From sequence record CM128185.1: a stretch of DNA of 32,000 nt. One strand, written 5' to 3'. The notes beneath the pieces are model-generated. The model worked only from the letters and a program-made list of their open reading frames with translations, did no database searches and was not told the DNA's origin. The stretch's first letter is position 1, and each line of letters starts with the position of its first letter. Position numbers and translations under genes: made by a program. Shown piece by piece: positions 29,063 to 32,000 of the stretch.

Positions 29063-32000
29063 ATGAATTTAAAAACAAATTTAAAAATGTTTAATCAAAA
29101 TGATATTTTTTTAAATCAAGAGTTACCTTTACGAATAAGTGATACTTCTGTTAATGATGTATTAAAAAATCATTCTATAATTATTGATGAAACTGTAAAC
29201 TTATTACTCGATTTTTATATAAAAACAAAACAAAAAAAACAAAAAATTAATGTTTTGTCAACATTGCCTAATTTAATAAATATACAACAATTAAGTTTTA
29301 AGCAATTTTTAGAGATTGGTTTAATATCCGCGATTGAAAGTCAAAACCCTTTAAAAATAAAAAATACACTTTATTCATTTGAGGTTTTTTATTTAAGTAA
29401 ATACTTACAATTTAAAAAACCAGAAAAAAATATAACAGAAACTATAAATTTAAATAAAACTTACGGATGCCCTATTTATTTACCAATATTACTCAAATCT
29501 AATAGTCAATCTAAAGCTATTTTTGAATGGATCTATTTAGGGTTTTTACCGTTTATGACAAAACCTGGGCATTTTTTAATTAATGGAATTCCACGAGTTG
29601 CGTTAAATCAATTAGTACGTACTCCTGGTATTTATAAGTTAATTGAAAATAAACGTACAACTAAAGGAATAAAAGCAATCCCTTACATACGCATAGTTCC
29701 TGATAAAGGTAGTTGGCTAAACATTAGTTTTGATTCTAAAAATCGATTATGGATTACAACAAAAATTTTTAGAAAAAAAATATCTATGTTAGTATTTTTA
29801 CAAGCTTTAGGTATTGATATTCATACTATTTTTAATACTATCGGTCATTCGGAAATTTTACTATCAAGTATTGTTCCTCCTGTAAAATCATTAAATAGTG
29901 AAAGACTTACACGGCATGATGCCATTTTAATTGATGCTGGTTTAATATCTCATCCTGTAACTCAAGTAGAAGCTTGCAAATATTTATATTCTCATTTTAT
30001 GGAATATCGATCACCTGCAAACAAACAGCGGCAACCTATAACTGAAAAAAAAGCACTTCTTTTTTTTCAGCAAGTAGTTTGGAATTCAGAGAATAAATAT
30101 CTAGGTATTTCTGGTCGTGATCAATTTCTAAAAAAATTAGGAACTACAGGTTCTGCTTTTAATCAAATACAATTAACAAAACAAGATTTTATTTTAATTA
30201 CGCAAACAATAATTAATATTTTATACGGTGAAGAAACAATAGATGATATAGATAATTTAAATAATAAAAAAATTAGAGGTTGTGGAGACTTTTTATATCA
30301 AGAATTAGCTCGTGGACTTAATGAATTTGAGACTTTACTTGATAAAAAATTTAAAAATTTTTCATTACCGCGTAAAAAGAAAAAAGTAAAATCTGGCGTT
30401 TTAAAAAAACAAAAAAAAGTAATAAAAACAACTAGTTCTCACACTAAATCCTCACTTTTATTAAAAAATAAGAAAAAACTGAAATTAAATAAAAAAAATA
30501 AAATAACCCTTGTTGCTAGTTTTTGGCAAAGTAATAGAACTATTTTATCAAAATATGTTACAAGAGCTTGGCGAAGTTTCTTTTTGGGAGGAACTTTATC
30601 ACAATATTTAGATGAAACAAATCCTTTAGCAGAAATCACACATAAAAGACGTATAACATTATTAGGGCCTGGGGGGGTAAATAGTAAACAAACTACAATA
30701 AAAATTAGAGGAATTCACCCGACTTACTATGGGAGACTTTGCCCAATAGAAACACCTGAAGGTCAAAATGCAGGATTGGTGCATTCACTTACAGTTTTTG
30801 GGCATAAAGCTTCTAATGGTACTATTTTAACTCCTTATTATAAAGTATATAAAGGACAAACCCAAAATAAACTTAATGTTATTTTTTTAAACCCAGAAAA
30901 AGAATCTTCACATGTTTTAGTTCCTTCAGATGTTCTAATTTCAAAATGGGGACGTTTGCCAAAAATGAGCCTTCCCGCTCGAAAGAACTGGGATTTTGAT
31001 TATGCCAAATTAGATCAAATTACAACCCAATCTATTTCAATCTTACAAATGATTTCGTTAGCAACGAGTCTTATTCCGTTTTTAGAACACGATGATGCAA
31101 ACCGTGCTCTTATGGGATCAAATATGCAACGACAGGCAGTTCCTTTATTAAAACCCGAAGTTGCCCTTGTTAAAACTAGTTTAGAGCCGAGAGTTGTATC
31201 AGATATTAATCATATTATACAAACAAGAGAGAGTGGGTTTATTACACAAGTAGTTTCAAATTCAATTCAATTATATAAACCAAAAACTTTAAAATATTTT
31301 TTTATTGATATTGGAGAATTTACAAGAAACTTAAAAAAAGTAAATATAAAATATAATACAATTTTTATTGCAAATAATTTATTATTTCCTAATGCATTAA
31401 ATTTTTATTATTTACATTTCCCATTAAACAAAAATTTGTTAAAGTTTCAAAAAAGGAATAAAAATAATTTTCTTTCAAATTTCATTAATTCTAATCAATT
31501 TACTTCTTATAGTAAAACAATAAAAAAAAATAAAATCAGTTTAAATAATTTAAAAAATAATTTAAACACAAAAGATTTTTTTCTAAGTGCAGGGAATTTT
31601 TTATTAATTAAAGAAAAGGTAAATCAAAATAAGCCCAAACCACTTTTTTTAAATAATAAAAGGAAAAAAATAGACTATAAACTTTTCCACTTAAATTTAT
31701 ATAAACGCGGCAACCAAAGCACATGTACTCTTCAACGACCAATTGTTGCAGAAACTGATTGGGTAGAAAAATCAACTGTTTTGGCAGACGGTGGAGCGAG
31801 TGATAAAGGAAAATTAGCGATAGGGAAAAATGTTTTTATAGCTTACTTACCATGGGAAGGTTATAATTTTGAAGATGCTGTTTTAATAAGCGAAAATTTA
31901 GTATCTCAAGATATATTTACATCTCTTCATCTTGATTATTATCAAGTGGAGGTTCAGAAAACAGCAGCAGGGTTAGAAACAATAACAAACGATATACCTT
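29063..32000 (+). CDS. rpoB: RNA polymerase beta subunit, 5' part (continues beyond the window)
   Basis: This gene is not in the ORF track because no stop is reached. Hand translation from ATG 29063 stays open to base 32000. An in-frame stop lies at 29048 and a second in-frame ATG at 29087. Conserved blocks are LPNLINIQQLSFKQFLEIGL, LGFLPFMTKPGHFLINGIPRVALNQLVRTPGIY, NPLAEITHKRRITLLGPGG, IRGIHPTYYGRLCPIETPEGQNAGLV, IPFLEHDDANRALMGSNMQRQAVP, YKRGNQSTCTLQRP and AYLPWEGYNFEDAVLIS. Confidence 0.95.
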   Translation, partial: MNLKTNLKMFNQNDIFLNQELPLRISDTSVNDVLKNHSIIIDETVNLLLDFYIKTKQKKQKINVLSTLPNLINIQQLSFKQFLEIGLISAIESQNPLKIKNTLYSFEVFYLSKYLQFKKPEKNITETINLNKTYGCPIYLPILLKSNSQSKAIFEWIYLGFLPFMTKPGHFLINGIPRVALNQLVRTPGIYKLIENKRTTKGIKAIPYIRIVPDKGSWLNISFDSKNRLWITTKIFRKKISMLVFLQALGIDIHTIFNTIGHSEILLSSIVPPVKSLNSERLTRHDAILIDAGLISHPVTQVEACKYLYSHFMEYRSPANKQRQPITEKKALLFFQQVVWNSENKYLGISGRDQFLKKLGTTGSAFNQIQLTKQDFILITQTIINILYGEETIDDIDNLNNKKIRGCGDFLYQELARGLNEFETLLDKKFKNFSLPRKKKKVKSGVLKKQKKVIKTTSSHTKSSLLLKNKKKLKLNKKNKITLVASFWQSNRTILSKYVTRAWRSFFLGGTLSQYLDETNPLAEITHKRRITLLGPGGVNSKQTTIKIRGIHPTYYGRLCPIETPEGQNAGLVHSLTVFGHKASNGTILTPYYKVYKGQTQNKLNVIFLNPEKESSHVLVPSDVLISKWGRLPKMSLPARKNWDFDYAKLDQITTQSISILQMISLATSLIPFLEHDDANRALMGSNMQRQAVPLLKPEVALVKTSLEPRVVSDINHIIQTRESGFITQVVSNSIQLYKPKTLKYFFIDIGEFTRNLKKVNIKYNTIFIANNLLFPNALNFYYLHFPLNKNLLKFQKRNKNNFLSNFINSNQFTSYSKTIKKNKISLNNLKNNLNTKDFFLSAGNFLLIKEKVNQNKPKPLFLNNKRKKIDYKLFHLNLYKRGNQSTCTLQRPIVAETDWVEKSTVLADGGASDKGKLAIGKNVFIAYLPWEGYNFEDAVLISENLVSQDIFTSLHLDYYQVEVQKTAAGLETITNDIP

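Noticed and set aside
30439-30639. Minus-strand 66-aa ORF within rpoB.
   Set aside because: It is antisense to the Lys-rich (A-run) insertion of rpoB, which reads as a Phe/Leu-rich string on the other strand. It is a low-complexity artefact.

Overview
This window is a plastid (chloroplast) genome segment from a green alga. It is very AT-rich, gene-dense and has no introns. I support 39 protein genes, two of them cut by the window edges, and 9 tRNA genes.

Gene order:
- Plus strand: rps7 (partial), tufA, rpl19, ycf4, cemA, then the ribosomal-protein/rpoA cluster rpl23-rpl2-rps19-rps3-rpl16-rpl14-rpl5-rps8-infA-rpl36-rps11-rpoA-rps9-rpl12, then trnR(CCG).
- Minus strand: trnS(GCU), psbC, psbD, petG, petL, petA.
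- Plus strand: chlI, trnR(UCU), psbI, ycf3, trnT(UGU), rps2-atpI-atpH-atpF-atpA, trnM, trnD, and a trnI(CAU)-like gene.
- Minus strand: trnL(UAG), rbcL.
- Plus strand: rps14.
- Minus strand: psbA.
- Plus strand: clpP, petB, petD, trnC, and rpoB (5' part, runs off the window).

Taxonomic inference: the plastid carries tufA, chlI, rpl19, rpl12, rps9, infA, ycf4 and cemA. There is no rpl22 between rps19 and rps3, and the cluster ends rpoA-rps9-rpl12. Together these point to a core chlorophyte, with a Trebouxiophyceae/Pedinophyceae-like gene order. This is inference, not a database hit.

I see no rRNA, CRISPR array, mobile element, defence-type system or foreign gene island. Essentially all long ORFs are canonical photosynthesis or gene-expression genes.

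Observations worth a second look are small-scale:
1. An 85-nt CAU-anticodon tRNA with a class-II-like long variable arm.
2. A ~165-nt structured segment, about 39% GC against about 7% GC in an ordinary spacer, between petD and trnC. It lies behind a sigma70-type promoter and may be an undescribed small RNA or tRNA leader.
3. An identical ACTTGACAAA -35 box found three times, always upstream of RNA genes.
4. Long perfect stem-loops that directly abut tRNA 5' ends.
5. An rpoA that lacks the alpha C-terminal domain.
6. Two in-frame low-complexity expansions in rpoB.

All coordinates and base pairings were worked out by hand from the sequence. Functional calls rest on recognised protein and tRNA motifs, not on searches.
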